From assembly GCA_037441385.1 (NCBI GenBank), contig JBBISH010000005.1, positions 32,001-96,000 on the forward strand: DNA of 64,000 nt. The letters are read 5' to 3'. The position numbers were made by a program, and so were the translations under genes. The stretch is from Myxococcales bacterium (lineage in GTDB: Bacteria; Myxococcota_A; UBA9042). The notes under the pieces are model-generated. The model ran no database searches. It saw nothing but the letters and a program-made list of their open reading frames with translations, and had not been told where the DNA came from. Below, one piece after another: positions 44,061 through 56,300 of this stretch; within the stretch, counting starts at the first letter, position 1, and each line of letters opens with the position of its first letter.

Positions 44061-47000
44061 CTAGCGCGAAATGGCCTTGTAGTAGCGCTGCAGGCGGTCG
44101 TGCCAGCCGCCGGGCTCGGGCTGCTGCATCGATTTCAGCACTTCTTCGCGGAAACGGTCAACGGCGTCGTTCTGATTGCCCGAGCGGATCTCGGCCGATC
44201 CACCCGGCTCCATGCCCACCTGCTCGCTGCCTTCCTGCCTCGGCTGGCCCGACCCACCGCCTTGCTGCAGCATCTCGCTCGCCCGCTCCAGCGTGTCCAG
44301 AATCTCGGCGGTCTGGTCAAAGGCGCGCTGGGCATCGCCGCGCCGCAAGCTGTCTTCGGCCTCGCGGAGTACCTGCAGCGCGTGATCCAGCCGCTCGCCG
44401 ACTTGCTGCCGCAGGGCAGGGTGGGCATCGCCGGCCTCGCGCAGGCGCTTTTGTAGGCGTTCGAGCAAGTTGCGCACTTGCGCCTGGGGCTCGCCAAGGC
44501 CGGCCACCCGTTGCCGGCTCGCTGGCCGCAGCAGCTCGGACGCCTCGGGCATCGCTTCGCGGAGGCGCTCGGCCATCTTGGACAGCCGCTCTTGGGCGGC
44601 GTCGACACGGCGAGCATCCGCCTGAGTATCCTTGGAGTTTTCGCCGCCCTGTGCCAGCGCCCGCCTCGCCGCGCCCAGTTCGTCTTGCGCCTCTTGCAGC
44701 GACTGCATGGCCGCGTCCAGGCTGCTGCGTTGCAGGGCGTCGCCCACGCCGTCCAACGCCCGCCGCACCTCGGCCAAGGCCGGCCCACCGCGCAGGACCG
44801 CCGTTTTCAACCGCGACGGGCGCAACATTTCGCGGATGTCGTTCAGCATTTCGCCAAGCTGCGGCGCCAGTGTGTCGCGCATCTGCCGCATCAGGTCGTC
44901 TTGGGCGTGCTGCTGCTCTTCGGCCGGGCTGCGCAAGTCGTCGCGAATGCGCCCTTGCCCGTCTAGCGCCCGGTCGATGCCGCGCCGAAGATCCTGCAGC
45001 AAACGTTCGTACGAGCGGTCTTCGGCGCCGCGATGCTGGGCCAAACCTTGCTGCACGCCGCCCGAGGCCTGCGCCAGATTCTCGGCCAATTGCCGCATTT
45101 TCTCAAGGGCTTCACGGCTCTTGCCCTCGCGGAGCAACCGCCGCACCTCGGCCAGACCCGTGCGCTGGTCGGCCAGATCCCGCGGCAGGCCACTGGGATC
45201 GATGGCCTGGGCGTTGACGTGCTCGTGGGGCACCTGCCGAGCTTGCTTTTGTGCGGTGGTCGCCAGCCGATCGACCTGCTGCTCGACCAGATCCAGCAGG
45301 CGCTCCGCCTCGGCCTGCATTGGCTTGCTGTTGGTGTCAGCCATTTTCTCTAGCGTAGACATGAGCTTGCGTTGTGTGTCGGCCAGCGTGGCACTGTCGC
45401 GCACCAGGGCTGCCTCGCGCTCGTCGCCGGCCAGTTCGACCAGCGCCACCACGGCTTGCTCTTGCGCCGCCACCACCATCGCATGGCTGCGCTGCAGCTG
45501 GTACAACTGGCGGACCGCGGTATAGCCCTCGGCCATCGAATAGCCGCTGGGCACCGAGCGGGCTTCGTCGGTCAGGGCGTCGGTCAGTTGCTTGTCGATG
45601 GCGTCCAGGTCGGCGAGCGAGCGCGGCCGGGCCAACGAGTCGTCGGCCAAGTCCATGCGCAGTTGGTGCAGCGCGTCCAGCGCCTTGCGCTCCTCTTCGG
45701 CAAACTGGTTGCGCCGTTTCAGCGCTTCGGGCAATTCGGCATGGGCATCGCCGGGGTCGCGCTCGACCCGGTCGGCCAGGCGCAGCGTCCAGGTGTCCGC
45801 AACTTGGCCAAGCGCGTCGAGCACTTTGCTGTGCTGCCGGTCCGACGAGAACATCCGGACCCGCAACTTGCGCGAGCTGCCTTTGCGCGCGCCATCGAAG
45901 GGATTTGTATCCGCGGCCTCGAGATAGAGCTCGGCCGACTCGCCCGGACGCAGCTGCAACCCGTCGACCGCCAAGCTCTCGCGCACCGTGTGGTGGGCCG
46001 GATTGCCGCGCACCTCGATCGGCCGGCGCTCCAGGCCGGTAGCGGGCCGCTGGATGACCAATTCTACCTGCAGCAGGCCAATGTCGTCGTCGACTTGGCC
46101 CTGCAGCGCCACGGTCTGACCGGGCCGGACTTCCAGGTCGGCGCTCGGCTTGTCCAAGGCAACGCGCGGCGGATGATCGGCCTGGACCCGCAGTTCGCGC
46201 CACGCGGTCTCGCGCACGGGTTGCCGCTGGTCGTCGCGGCCCAGGTAGCGGTACTTGACGGGATCCAAGAGCGTGGCCTGCCACACCAAGCCCTTGCCCG
46301 GCAGTTCGGCCACCGGCTGCCGCTCGCTGTGCGGGGGACCGGCCAAGCGGGTCTGCACCTCCACGGCCTCGATCACCATGCCGGGCAGCGGCGAGGTCTC
46401 GACCGTCACGTGACTTCCGCGCAGCACCGTCGTTTCTGCGCCGTCGTCGTCGCGCGAGGGCACCACGGCCGCCGCGTAAGCCGGCGGGTCGACGCGCACC
46501 CGCGAATCCCCCACCATCGTGCCAATGTCGCGCGGCGGCACTTGCTCGGCGATCGGGTCGGCCCACCAGTCGTGCCAAGTGTCGGGCACGCCCCGCCAGG
46601 CCAGAGCGGCCAGCAGCGCCGCCAGCAGCAGCGACGCACCATAGCGCTGACAGCGTACCCAGATCGCCGCCGCGTCGATATCCAGACCCCGCGCCTGCTC
46701 CTCGGCCTGATGGAGCGTCTCGACCAGCAGCCACGGCGAGCCCAGGGTGAGCGGCGGCGTGCCACTTTGGAGATTGTGGGCCAACTCGGCACCACTCTTT
46801 AGCAACTCGCCATCTACCTCGGCATGGCGCACCGCCCGCAGCGCGGCCCACTGCGCCAAGTCGCGGCCCGACAGGAACCGGTGCGTCAGCATCGCCAGGG
46901 CCGTCCCGAGCGCCGGCACCAGCGCAGTCCACGCCAACAGGCGGCCGACACCCAGGGTCTTGTGCAGCAAGGTTGCGATTGCCAAGCCGAATGCCGTCAC

Positions 47001-47207
47001 GACCAGCGCCGCGACCAGGCCCAGCAGCGCCGCTTCGACCGAAGTGACCCAGCGCCAGCGCGCCCGCGCCAGCAGCAGTCGCCGGACCAAGCCGTCGGCC
47101 GCCCGTACCGGCGCCGTTTCGTTGTAGCCGCGACCCCCGCGCACCGAGGAGGTGGCGGCGAAAATTCCCGTGATACTTTGCGCGCCTTGCGGTGATTGGC
47201 TGGGCAT
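44061..47207 (-). CDS. DUF4175-like membrane protein with long C-terminal coiled coils (start uncertain)
   Basis: Three N-terminal TM segments, PPAY motif, DHPPRV..DDIGL, coiled-coil body, C-terminal FREEVLKSM..RYYKAI. Confidence 0.7.
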   Translation of the reverse strand: MPSQSPQGAQSITGIFAATSSVRGGRGYNETAPVRAADGLVRRLLLARARWRWVTSVEAALLGLVAALVVTAFGLAIATLLHKTLGVGRLLAWTALVPALGTALAMLTHRFLSGRDLAQWAALRAVRHAEVDGELLKSGAELAHNLQSGTPPLTLGSPWLLVETLHQAEEQARGLDIDAAAIWVRCQRYGASLLLAALLAALAWRGVPDTWHDWWADPIAEQVPPRDIGTMVGDSRVRVDPPAYAAAVVPSRDDDGAETTVLRGSHVTVETSPLPGMVIEAVEVQTRLAGPPHSERQPVAELPGKGLVWQATLLDPVKYRYLGRDDQRQPVRETAWRELRVQADHPPRVALDKPSADLEVRPGQTVALQGQVDDDIGLLQVELVIQRPATGLERRPIEVRGNPAHHTVRESLAVDGLQLRPGESAELYLEAADTNPFDGARKGSSRKLRVRMFSSDRQHSKVLDALGQVADTWTLRLADRVERDPGDAHAELPEALKRRNQFAEEERKALDALHQLRMDLADDSLARPRSLADLDAIDKQLTDALTDEARSVPSGYSMAEGYTAVRQLYQLQRSHAMVVAAQEQAVVALVELAGDEREAALVRDSATLADTQRKLMSTLEKMADTNSKPMQAEAERLLDLVEQQVDRLATTAQKQARQVPHEHVNAQAIDPSGLPRDLADQRTGLAEVRRLLREGKSREALEKMRQLAENLAQASGGVQQGLAQHRGAEDRSYERLLQDLRRGIDRALDGQGRIRDDLRSPAEEQQHAQDDLMRQMRDTLAPQLGEMLNDIREMLRPSRLKTAVLRGGPALAEVRRALDGVGDALQRSSLDAAMQSLQEAQDELGAARRALAQGGENSKDTQADARRVDAAQERLSKMAERLREAMPEASELLRPASRQRVAGLGEPQAQVRNLLERLQKRLREAGDAHPALRQQVGERLDHALQVLREAEDSLRRGDAQRAFDQTAEILDTLERASEMLQQGGGSGQPRQEGSEQVGMEPGGSAEIRSGNQNDAVDRFREEVLKSMQQPEPGGWHDRLQRYYKAISR

Positions 47208-47384
47208 CGTCTGCGGCGAAGCGAGAGCGCCCTGCTGGACCGCCGCGAACCGCAAACTGCCGATCGTGTCCGGGGTTGTCAACTGCTTTGAGGCGCCGAT
47301 TGCGACCATGGCTTGCTGCCACCGCGCCGCCGTGGTCAAATCCGCGCCCCCGCGCCGGCCCGGTCTTGGCGCATCGAGGTTGTC

Positions 47385-48476
47385 ATGGGTCTGTCGTGCG
47401 GTATCGTTGGTCTGCCAAACGTTGGAAAGTCCACGCTTTTTAATGCGCTCACGCGCGCTGGCGCCCAGGCGGCCAACTACCCGTTCTGCACGATCGAACC
47501 CAACAACGGCATCGTGCCCCTGCGTGATCCGCGCTTGGACCGCATCGCCCAGATCGTCGGGACGCCCACGATCATCTACGCCACCATGGAGTTCGTCGAC
47601 ATCGCCGGCCTGGTCAAGGGTGCCAGCAAAGGCGAAGGGTTGGGCAACAAGTTCTTGGCCAATATCCGCGAGACCGACGCGATTGCCCATGTGCTGCGCT
47701 GCTTTGACGACGGCGATGTGGTCCACGTAGAGGGCTCGGTCGATCCCGAGCGCGACGCGGCGATCATCAACACCGAGCTGGCCCTGGCGGATCTGGAGCA
47801 GGTCGAGCGGCGCCTGCAGCGGCAGCAAAAGCTTCTGAAAACGGGCGACAAAGATGTGGTGGCCGAAGTGGCCGTGCTCGAGCGCGTCTACGCCGTGCTG
47901 AACGAAGGCAAGCCGGCGCGCACGCTGGAGGTCGGCAAGGAAGAAGACGTCTACCTCAGGGCACTGCAGCTGATGACCCGCAAGCCCATGCTTTACGTGG
48001 CCAATACCACCGACCCGGGCACCGACAATCCCTACCTAGAGCGCGTGCGCGCCTTGGCCAAGGCCGAAGGGGCGGCGGTGGTCGAGCTGTCGTGCAAGAC
48101 CGAGGCCGAGATTTCGGAGCTGGACGACGAGGCCGAGCGCAAGGAATTCTTGACTGCCCTGGGCCTGCACGAGTCCGGCCTGGACCGGCTGGCACATGCC
48201 GCCTTTGATCTCGTGGGGTTGCAGACCTACTTCACAGCTGGCGTCAAAGAGGCGCGCGCCTGGACGATTCGCAAGGGCTGGACCGCGCCGCAGGCCGCGG
48301 GCGTCATCCACACCGACTTCGAGCGCGGCTTCATCAAGGCTGAAATCTACAACTGCGACGACCTGTTTGCCCTGGGGACGGAGAGCGCGGTTGGCGCGGC
48401 TGGCAAGAAGCGCATGGAAGGCAAAGAGTACGTGATGCGCGACGGGGATGTGTGCAACTTCCGGTTCAATGTCTGA
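47385..48476 (+). CDS. ychF: Redox-regulated ATPase YchF
   Basis: [38 protein letters not shown] and [12 protein letters not shown] motifs. Confidence 0.97.
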   Translation: MGLSCGIVGLPNVGKSTLFNALTRAGAQAANYPFCTIEPNNGIVPLRDPRLDRIAQIVGTPTIIYATMEFVDIAGLVKGASKGEGLGNKFLANIRETDAIAHVLRCFDDGDVVHVEGSVDPERDAAIINTELALADLEQVERRLQRQQKLLKTGDKDVVAEVAVLERVYAVLNEGKPARTLEVGKEEDVYLRALQLMTRKPMLYVANTTDPGTDNPYLERVRALAKAEGAAVVELSCKTEAEISELDDEAERKEFLTALGLHESGLDRLAHAAFDLVGLQTYFTAGVKEARAWTIRKGWTAPQAAGVIHTDFERGFIKAEIYNCDDLFALGTESAVGAAGKKRMEGKEYVMRDGDVCNFRFNV

Positions 48477-48780
48477 CCGCCCACGGGCCATGTCCCTGCC
48501 GCCGCAACCCCATCCCCACCTTGCGCCTTGGCTGGCCGCCGTCTTGCGCGCGCTTTTCTGGCTCGCGACCCTTACCGTGGCGCTCGCCGTTTGGGAGTTC
48601 GCGACCGGCGCCGAGTTGCCGTACAACTCCGAAGGCCGCTATTTCGACCCCACAGAGGGTGTGGTGTACCATCAGCAAACCGTGGAGTTTTGGGCGGTTG
48701 TGCTGGTTGTTGCCGCGATCGCCGCCGTTGGCAGTCTGTGGTGGCTGAAAAAGCCGCCAAGTTCACGATTTTTGCCGTAA
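48469..48780 (+). CDS. Small two-TM hypothetical membrane protein
   Basis: ATG overlaps the ychF stop; two hydrophobic helices flank LPYNSEGRYFD. Confidence 0.55.
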   Translation: MSDRPRAMSLPPQPHPHLAPWLAAVLRALFWLATLTVALAVWEFATGAELPYNSEGRYFDPTEGVVYHQQTVEFWAVVLVVAAIAAVGSLWWLKKPPSSRFLP

Positions 48781-48864
48781 AGTTGGCCCGTTTCCAGGCT
48801 CGGAGTAGACTGCCGGCGGAGGCCCGCGCGTCCAAAAGGGCGCGGTCTGTCCGCTGGAGTCCGC

Positions 48865-51800
48865 TTGGCCGAAAAGTCCACGATCGCAGGACGGAAGTCG
48901 TTGGTGCGTCGCAGGTTGCGTCGTGCGGGCCAGTTGGCCTACTTGGCGACCATTCAGGCGACGGTGGGCTTGGTGTGGCTGCTGCTGGGCGTGTACTTGA
49001 CCGTCAACTCGCCCTCGACCGCGGCCGTTGCCAGCCGGGTGGTCAGCGAGATTCTGCCAGGATCCCTGCGGGTCCAGTACTTGCACGTGGGCCCGGTTCT
49101 GGGCGACGGCGAACTGCGGGTGCGGCTGCAAGCGCGCGGGCTCGAGCTGCGCGAGCCGGGCGGCGACGTCCTGCTCGGCGCGGCGCGGGCCGAGGTCGAT
49201 CTGGCCCCGGCACGGCTGATCGATGGACTGCAGGCTGGTGCGCTGCGCCTCACCTTGCCACGGGTGGTTCTGGACCAGCCTCTGTTGCAGCTGGACGTCG
49301 ACAAGCTTGGGCGACTGCGCCTGAATTCCATCTTCGTTGACCCCGCTGAACCGCCCAAACCAGACCCCAAGCCGTTGCCCGTGTACGTGCGCCTGGGCAA
49401 GACCGAGGTCAACGATGGGCGCTATGTCATGGACTTGCCTGCCATGAGCATCGACAGTCACGGGCTGTGGTTCACCAGCCCTGGTTCGGCCGTGACCATC
49501 GAGCCCGGCCGCCCGGAACCGGTGGATGTGCAGTTCGATGCCCGCAATATCGTGGTGGCGTATGCCCAGACCAGTCTGGACTCGATGCGGCGTCTGCCGG
49601 CCATTCCGGCCGGATCGCTGCAGGCCGAGTCAGCCGTGGGCGACCTGCGCGAGATGGTCGTGTCTGGCGTGAGTTGCCAGATGCCGCCGGCCACGCTCGC
49701 CGAACCGCTGCAAGAGCCAATCACGTCGCTGTCCAAGTCGCGGATCCTGGTGCAGTTGCAGCCCGAGATCCTGGTCCACGGCGACCGCTTGCTGCTCAGC
49801 ACCTCGAGCAAGTCGACCTTCATGCGCGACATGCTCGGCCAGCTATTTGCTGCGCAAGCCCAGGCCAGCGGGCAGTTCCACTGGGACGCCAAAGTCGGGT
49901 TCTGGACCGAAGGGCACGTGATGGGGCGCGGTTTGATGTCGGGCTTTCACGGCGAGGCCGTGCGCGGCGACGTGCGCGTAGAGACGGGGCCGCCGGGCGA
50001 CTCGTTGGTGCGGGTGATCACACGGAACTTGGACGTGGCGGCCTACGGCGGCTTCATCCATTCGGACCGGGTCGACTATCGCATGGACCTGGAGCGGCCC
50101 GAACACGTGACGATGGGGGCGTTTTCCATCCGCCATGTGCGCGGCGATGCGCCGCTGCTCGACGACGCCATCAAGCTGACCGGGATCACGCCGCTGCTGG
50201 CCAGCGGAACCATTACGGGGACTTTGGGTACCTACACGCGCACCCATCTGCCCGCGGGCAAGCCGCTGGACCTCGACGTGGCCCTGGACGCCGATCTAGA
50301 CCTAGTGCGCGACACGCCGGTCAAGATGATCGCCCAGAAATTGCCACGGGTTCTTTGGCGGGGCGGCCTGCGCTACGCCATGGGGCCCGACATCGGCATT
50401 CGCGTCGATTTTGCCGATTCGGAGCTGGTCACCGAGGACGCCCACGTGGACGGCAGTCGCACTGCCGCGCTGCGCTGCGACGGCCGGCTAGACTTGAGCG
50501 GCGACACTACCGACCTGCGCGCCGACCTGCATCTGCCCCGCCTTGAGGACTGGCTGGCTCCCCTGGGGATCGCCGACGTGGCCGGCAGTCTGCGCTTAGA
50601 GGGCGGCCACTTGCGCGGTGCGCTCTTGAAACCCGGCGTGTTGGGTAGGGTGCTGGTCGAGGACTTTGCCGCCTATGGCTACCACGTTCGCCGTGGCGCG
50701 GCGCAACTCAGCCTCCACGGCGGCGAGGTCGCCCTGGAGGGGCTGAGGGCCAGCACGGATGTGGGCGAAGTCAGCGGCGATCTGCGCATGGGCCTTTTTG
50801 GCAGCAATCTGACCGAGATGGCCGCCCAGCGACCGCTCCACATCGATCGCCTGAGTGTGCGTCAGATCGACTTGGGCAAACTGTTGGGGCGCTTCAGGAT
50901 TGCTGGAATCACCGGGCAGGGCGACTTGAGTGGCGGCCAGCTCACCGCCGACCTGGTGCGCTTCATGCCCAGTTTGCGTTTCAGCGGCGACATGACCGTT
51001 CAGGGCGTGCACGCCTACGGCGAGTGGTTCGACCGCGGCGGCGCGCACATCGACCAGCACGGCCTCGTCACGCTGTTCACCAACTCGTGGTTGCGTCTGC
51101 GCGGCAGCCGGACCGACGGCGGCGCCGACATCACCGCCTCGGGGCGCTTTGACCTGGCGACGATGCGCCTGGACACCGACGTGCGTCTGCCCGAGACGCC
51201 CTTCAAGCAGTTCTCGTGGCTAGAGAAATTGCCCATGCCTGGCACGGTGGCGGCGGCGATCAAGCTCACCGGCGACGGCAAGACCATGACCTTGTCGGGG
51301 GGAGTCGACATCAAGGACTTAGGGTGGGACGCCATTTCGCTGGGTTCTGCGCACCTCGACCTGGAGAAGACGGCCACCGGGCCGTTGGTCCTCCGCAGCG
51401 ACAACTTCTTTGAGTCGTTCAAGCTTCTGGCTGGCAGCGAGGTGCGTTTTGCCGGCTGGATGCCCACCACATCGACCTTGCGCATCGGCACCGACGCCCC
51501 AGTGGATCCCTTCGAGCGGCTGGGGATGCCGCGGCCGCAGGGCATTTCTGTTCGCGTCGAGGGCGAGACCGCCGTCGACATGTCGCTGCAGAACAACCAC
51601 TTTGACTGGCACGTCGAGACCATTGTGCCGCCGGCCGGGCTTTGGGTCGACCCAGGCGGCGGGGCGCGGCCGATTCGCAACACCAAGGCGGCCGTCATCG
51701 GCGTTTCGGCCGACAAGATCACCTTGGGCGGCACCTACTTTGAGCTCAACCGCAGCGGCGTCGAGGTCTGCGGCGAGTGGCGCTATCCGCACGACGACGA

Positions 51801-53346
51801 GCCGGCCAATCTGCTCGCGTTCGTCGCGGGGACGTTTGATATCCAGCGCTTTGGCGCGCTGAGCCAGAGCCTCTCGGACCTGGACTTGCGGGTGAACGTG
51901 CTCCGCGACCCAGCGGTGGCGGCCGATGCGCGCGCGACCTGCCTGGAAGCGGCCATGGCCGGCGGCGGCATGATGCGCGTCGAGGGGCCGCCCGATCGGC
52001 TGCGGGTGCAGGCCTTGCTCGAGACCGAAGCAGGTCGCGTTGCGCTGCGCCGTTTTGGTCACGACATCACGCTGCAAGACGGTGCGCGCCTGCAAATTGC
52101 CACCAGCGCCCGCGGGGTGATGACTGTGGCGATTCCCATTGACCACGAACTCAAGGGCCAGGTCGACGACGGCCACTTTACGCTGTCGGGCCACGCCTCG
52201 CTGGTGGATATGCAGCTCGACTCGGCCTATGCGCGTCTGTGGGCCGGCGACATCCCCTACGCCGCGCCCAAGGAATACCAGATGCTGATCTCGCCCGATC
52301 TGGTGCTGAGCGGCAGCCGCTTGCGCGATCCGGCCAGCCGCGATCTGCGCCTGACCGGCGACGTGCACATTGGCGAAGGCAGCTACTACCGCAGCTTTGA
52401 CCAGATTTCGAGCGTCTTGGGCAACGCGGGCGACCGCAAGGTCGAGACGTACAGCAAGCCCATCACCGAGACCATGCCGTGGCTCGCCGAACTGGGCCTG
52501 GACCTGAAGGTGCACGGCAAGAATTTTGAAATCGCCAGCCGCGTGCCGGGCGGCAAGACCGACCTGGTCACCGAATTCGACCTGCGCGTGTCGGGCAACC
52601 TGAGCAACCTGCAGGTGCACGACCGCTTGCGCGTCGTCGAAGGTTCGGGCAGCCAGATCAGCGCCTCGCTCAATAATCTGATTTTCGAGGTCGTTTCCGG
52701 CACGCTCGACTTCAACGGCGACGCCACCAAGCCCTACTTGGAGGCCATGGCGCGCACCGATATCCCGGTGCGGGCCGGCACGCGCACCGGTACTCTCGCC
52801 TCGACCTTGGGTACCGATCTGACCACGGACACTAATCAACTTGACGAAATCGTTCAGGTGTTTGTGCAGGTCAAGGGCGTGTTTGGCGACCGCCGCAACT
52901 TCACCGTACACCTGACCAGCAACAAAGGCGACACCGAGACCGACTGCATGTGCCTCATCGCCGCGCGCCGGCGCTGCAACGACCAGGGCGGCGGCGGCAC
53001 CCGCCTGACCACCGACTTCTTCTTTGGCGAGGCGCTGAACACGGTGGTTACCGGGCTGCTGAAGTCGGTCGTCGACACCGTGCAGATCGATTTTGACCCC
53101 GTGAACTTGGGTGTGTCGGCCGACGTGACCAAGAAGTTGGGCAAGTCGATCGCCTTGGGTACCCGCGTGCAGACCGGCAAAGAGAACCGCTACAACGCCA
53201 ACTTCTCGTTCCGCATCACCGATCGCCTGTCGCTCAACGGCCTGTGGCGGCGGCAGAAGCTGCTGGACTCGTCGAGCAGCCAAGAAACCAGTGTCGATGT
53301 GTACGAGAGCAAACTGCGGTACAAGGTACCGCTGAGCGACGAGTAG
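48865..53346 (+). CDS. TamB/AsmA-like translocation-assembly module protein (start uncertain)
   Basis: N-terminal TM anchor, long amphipathic beta-strand body, TamB-like C-terminus (LISPDLVLSG..LTGDVHI..GSY; FEVVSGTLDFNG..PYL); upstream of an Omp85 gene. Confidence 0.75.
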   Translation: MAEKSTIAGRKSLVRRRLRRAGQLAYLATIQATVGLVWLLLGVYLTVNSPSTAAVASRVVSEILPGSLRVQYLHVGPVLGDGELRVRLQARGLELREPGGDVLLGAARAEVDLAPARLIDGLQAGALRLTLPRVVLDQPLLQLDVDKLGRLRLNSIFVDPAEPPKPDPKPLPVYVRLGKTEVNDGRYVMDLPAMSIDSHGLWFTSPGSAVTIEPGRPEPVDVQFDARNIVVAYAQTSLDSMRRLPAIPAGSLQAESAVGDLREMVVSGVSCQMPPATLAEPLQEPITSLSKSRILVQLQPEILVHGDRLLLSTSSKSTFMRDMLGQLFAAQAQASGQFHWDAKVGFWTEGHVMGRGLMSGFHGEAVRGDVRVETGPPGDSLVRVITRNLDVAAYGGFIHSDRVDYRMDLERPEHVTMGAFSIRHVRGDAPLLDDAIKLTGITPLLASGTITGTLGTYTRTHLPAGKPLDLDVALDADLDLVRDTPVKMIAQKLPRVLWRGGLRYAMGPDIGIRVDFADSELVTEDAHVDGSRTAALRCDGRLDLSGDTTDLRADLHLPRLEDWLAPLGIADVAGSLRLEGGHLRGALLKPGVLGRVLVEDFAAYGYHVRRGAAQLSLHGGEVALEGLRASTDVGEVSGDLRMGLFGSNLTEMAAQRPLHIDRLSVRQIDLGKLLGRFRIAGITGQGDLSGGQLTADLVRFMPSLRFSGDMTVQGVHAYGEWFDRGGAHIDQHGLVTLFTNSWLRLRGSRTDGGADITASGRFDLATMRLDTDVRLPETPFKQFSWLEKLPMPGTVAAAIKLTGDGKTMTLSGGVDIKDLGWDAISLGSAHLDLEKTATGPLVLRSDNFFESFKLLAGSEVRFAGWMPTTSTLRIGTDAPVDPFERLGMPRPQGISVRVEGETAVDMSLQNNHFDWHVETIVPPAGLWVDPGGGARPIRNTKAAVIGVSADKITLGGTYFELNRSGVEVCGEWRYPHDDEPANLLAFVAGTFDIQRFGALSQSLSDLDLRVNVLRDPAVAADARATCLEAAMAGGGMMRVEGPPDRLRVQALLETEAGRVALRRFGHDITLQDGARLQIATSARGVMTVAIPIDHELKGQVDDGHFTLSGHASLVDMQLDSAYARLWAGDIPYAAPKEYQMLISPDLVLSGSRLRDPASRDLRLTGDVHIGEGSYYRSFDQISSVLGNAGDRKVETYSKPITETMPWLAELGLDLKVHGKNFEIASRVPGGKTDLVTEFDLRVSGNLSNLQVHDRLRVVEGSGSQISASLNNLIFEVVSGTLDFNGDATKPYLEAMARTDIPVRAGTRTGTLASTLGTDLTTDTNQLDEIVQVFVQVKGVFGDRRNFTVHLTSNKGDTETDCMCLIAARRRCNDQGGGGTRLTTDFFFGEALNTVVTGLLKSVVDTVQIDFDPVNLGVSADVTKKLGKSIALGTRVQTGKENRYNANFSFRITDRLSLNGLWRRQKLLDSSSSQETSVDVYESKLRYKVPLSDE

Positions 53347-53361
53347 GAGCCGCCCGCCGCA

Positions 53362-56300
53362 ATGCAGTACCCCGACCTCAGCTTGCGCGTGACGCCGTCC
53401 CCGTGGCGGCGCGCGCTGCTTTGGGTGTGGGCAACGCTCGCGCTGCTTCGGGTTTCCAGTGCGTCGGCCGACGATGCGCTGTTGCCGACAGCCGCGACCG
53501 CGGTGGCGGCCCCCGCAGAGGCCACGGCCGCGACCCTCCCCGGCGGGCTGGTGGGGGCGCGCCTGCTGTTTGGCGACAGTGGGGTCAACGCCTCGGACAA
53601 AGTCTGCTTGGGCTTGACCATTGCCGAAGTGCGCTTGGACGGCTGCGCCGCCACCCCGTGTGAACCGCCCGACGTCCACGCCGAAGTGCTGCGCCTGTTG
53701 GACCTTGCGCCAGGGCGTGGATTGCAGCCTGGGCAATTGCAGAAAGCGTACGAGCGGTTGCTGCGCCTGGGCTACGTCAAGTCGGCCAGCGTCCAGTGCC
53801 GGCGCGACCCCGACGGTCGCTCGACGATCCGCTGGAAAGTGGTGGGCAGCACGCTGGTACGCGGCATTGACATCGTGGGCAACAGCGCCATGTTCCAGGA
53901 CGAAGTGCGCGCCAAGCTGCAGATCCAAACCGGCGACGTGCTCAACCTGGACACGGTCGACGGCAAAAAGCAGTTGGAAGCTCAGAAAGAGGCAATCGAG
54001 TCGCTGTACCGGCGCAATGGGTTCTTGGACGCCAAGGTGCGGCTGCGCACGGTCCCGGCCGGTCCCGGGCTGCTGCGCATCGTGGTCGACATCGACGAAG
54101 GCGAGCGCAAGCGCATCACGCAAACGCACATTCAGCTTCAGGATTCGCCGCTGCCGACCGAGGTAGAAGAGCGCCACGGGCTGCTGTGTCCGCGCATCGG
54201 CGAGCGGGCGCTGCGCCAGGCCGCCGACACCTCGACCATGGAAGTGTTCAGCCAGCGCGAGGCCAACCGCATCCGCTCGCGCGTGCGGACCTATTTGCGC
54301 AAGCTGGGGTACGGCAACCCGCGGGTCGACGTGCTGCACGACCCGCTGGACCAGGCGGTGCGCATCGACGTGCGGCCGGGCAAGTGCGCGCTGGTGCAGA
54401 TTTGGCTGCGCGACGACGCGGGCGGCGGCAAAGCTGGCTTCGTCCTGAGTGAAGACCAGAGCCTGTACGACGCGCTGCCGTTTGGCGATAGCGGTCAATT
54501 CGACTTTGAAGAGGGGGAGCGCGGGCGGCTGGATTTGCTGGCCCTGCTGGAGAATCGCGGCTATCTGTTTGCCGATGTTCGCCTGGATTTTCGGCCAGTT
54601 CCGGCGCGTCTGTCGGCACAAGTGACGGCGGCGGTCAGCTACTACGTGACCACGGGCTATGTGTCGCAAGTGCGCGGAATCTTCTTCCACGCCCAAGATC
54701 GCCCCCGCAACCCCTTGATAAGCGACGACAAGCTGCGGTCGGTGCTGACCAGCAAGGCCTACGACTTCTTTGACGCGGGCGGCTACCTGCAGGCCGACCA
54801 ACTGCTGGCCGACCTGGACGCCCTGCGCCAGTACTATTTGGACAACGGTTTCTTTCAGTTCCACTACGCCGTCACCCTGCCCGAGGGCGTGACCCCGAGC
54901 AACTTGAACCGGCGCCAGCGCGTGGAGCACATGAACGAGAGCGAGTTCATCTACCGCTACGAAAACAAGGGCTTCCGTGTGCGGCGCCCAGTGGGCGAGA
55001 ACTTCATCTACATCGACATCGACTACCACGAGGGCGAGCGCACCCGCCTGCGCACGCTGGCCATCGAAGGTGCCAACCAAGTGACCTCGAACGATTTGCG
55101 GCGGTTGATGACCATGCGCCAGGGCGACGTGGTCAGCTACTCGGTGTTGGACGAGGCCATGCGCGCCGTGGAGCAACGCTACCGCAACAACGGCTTTTTC
55201 CGTACCCAGATCAAGGCGTTGTGTGCCTCTGTGGAGCCCAATCGCGACGAGGCGGTCTGCGCGCCTAGCACTATGTTGGCCCGCTTTGTCGATGTGCGCC
55301 TGGTCATCGAAGAGGGCGAGCGCGTCGATTTTGGCGAGTCGTTCGTGGTGGGCAATTTCATCACCGACCGCGCGGTGATTCTGCGCGACATGCCGCCGTA
55401 CGGCGGGCCGTACTCGGCGGCGGCGGTGTTCGAGACGCAACGCAAGCTTCGAAACCTCGGCTTGTTTTCCCAGGTGTCGGTGTCGTCGATCGGCGACGAA
55501 GAGAAGCCGCCGCGCGACCACTTGGCCACCTTGGTCAACGTGGTCGAGGGGCAGAACCGCTACTGGGAAGCGTCGCTTGGCTTTCAGACCATCAACACGG
55601 CGCGCTCGCCCTACGAGCAAGAAACCGTGCAGACGCTCAAGGATTTCATCGACCGCACCACCACCGCTTCCGACCGCCTGACCACCGGCTTTGGTATTGC
55701 CCAGAACCTGACCTTGCCCAACCTATTGGCCACCGGCGAAGCGGCCTACGTCAATCGTAATTTCTTGCGGTCGGGCAAACTGCTCAAACTGTCGGCCAAG
55801 CTGGGGGCCGCGGTGCCGCCCGACTACGCGGGCGTGCCCTACGAGGGCACTGCGGAATGCAAGACCTTGCTCGCCAAGGCGAAAACCTGCGCGCCGTGGT
55901 ACCAAGCCAGCGGCTCGTCTGCCCGCCAGACGCCGCCGTGGTATTCCGACACGCTGCGCTATGCCGCGATCCTGCCCACTTATCAAGACAGCCGGCTGCT
56001 TGGCTCGGAGTTCGGCCTGCGGGTGGTGCTGCCGTACCTGATTCACGACTATGCCATCGGCCCCATCGACGTGGACAAGGCCGGCGCGTTGCTTGAAGTT
56101 ACCCGGCGTTTTGGCAAGTTGGCGGCCTCGATTGCGACGGATGCGGGCTACATCCGCACGCGCCTGCCCGAAGCACGTAACCTGGATTTTGCCGAGTCGC
56201 CCGAGCCGCAACTGAGCTTGATTCCGTCCTTTTCCTTTGCCGGCAAAGTCGTTACCGGCTTCCCGCGCCGCGGTTTTTCGCTCGCGTTCAGCTTGCCGTA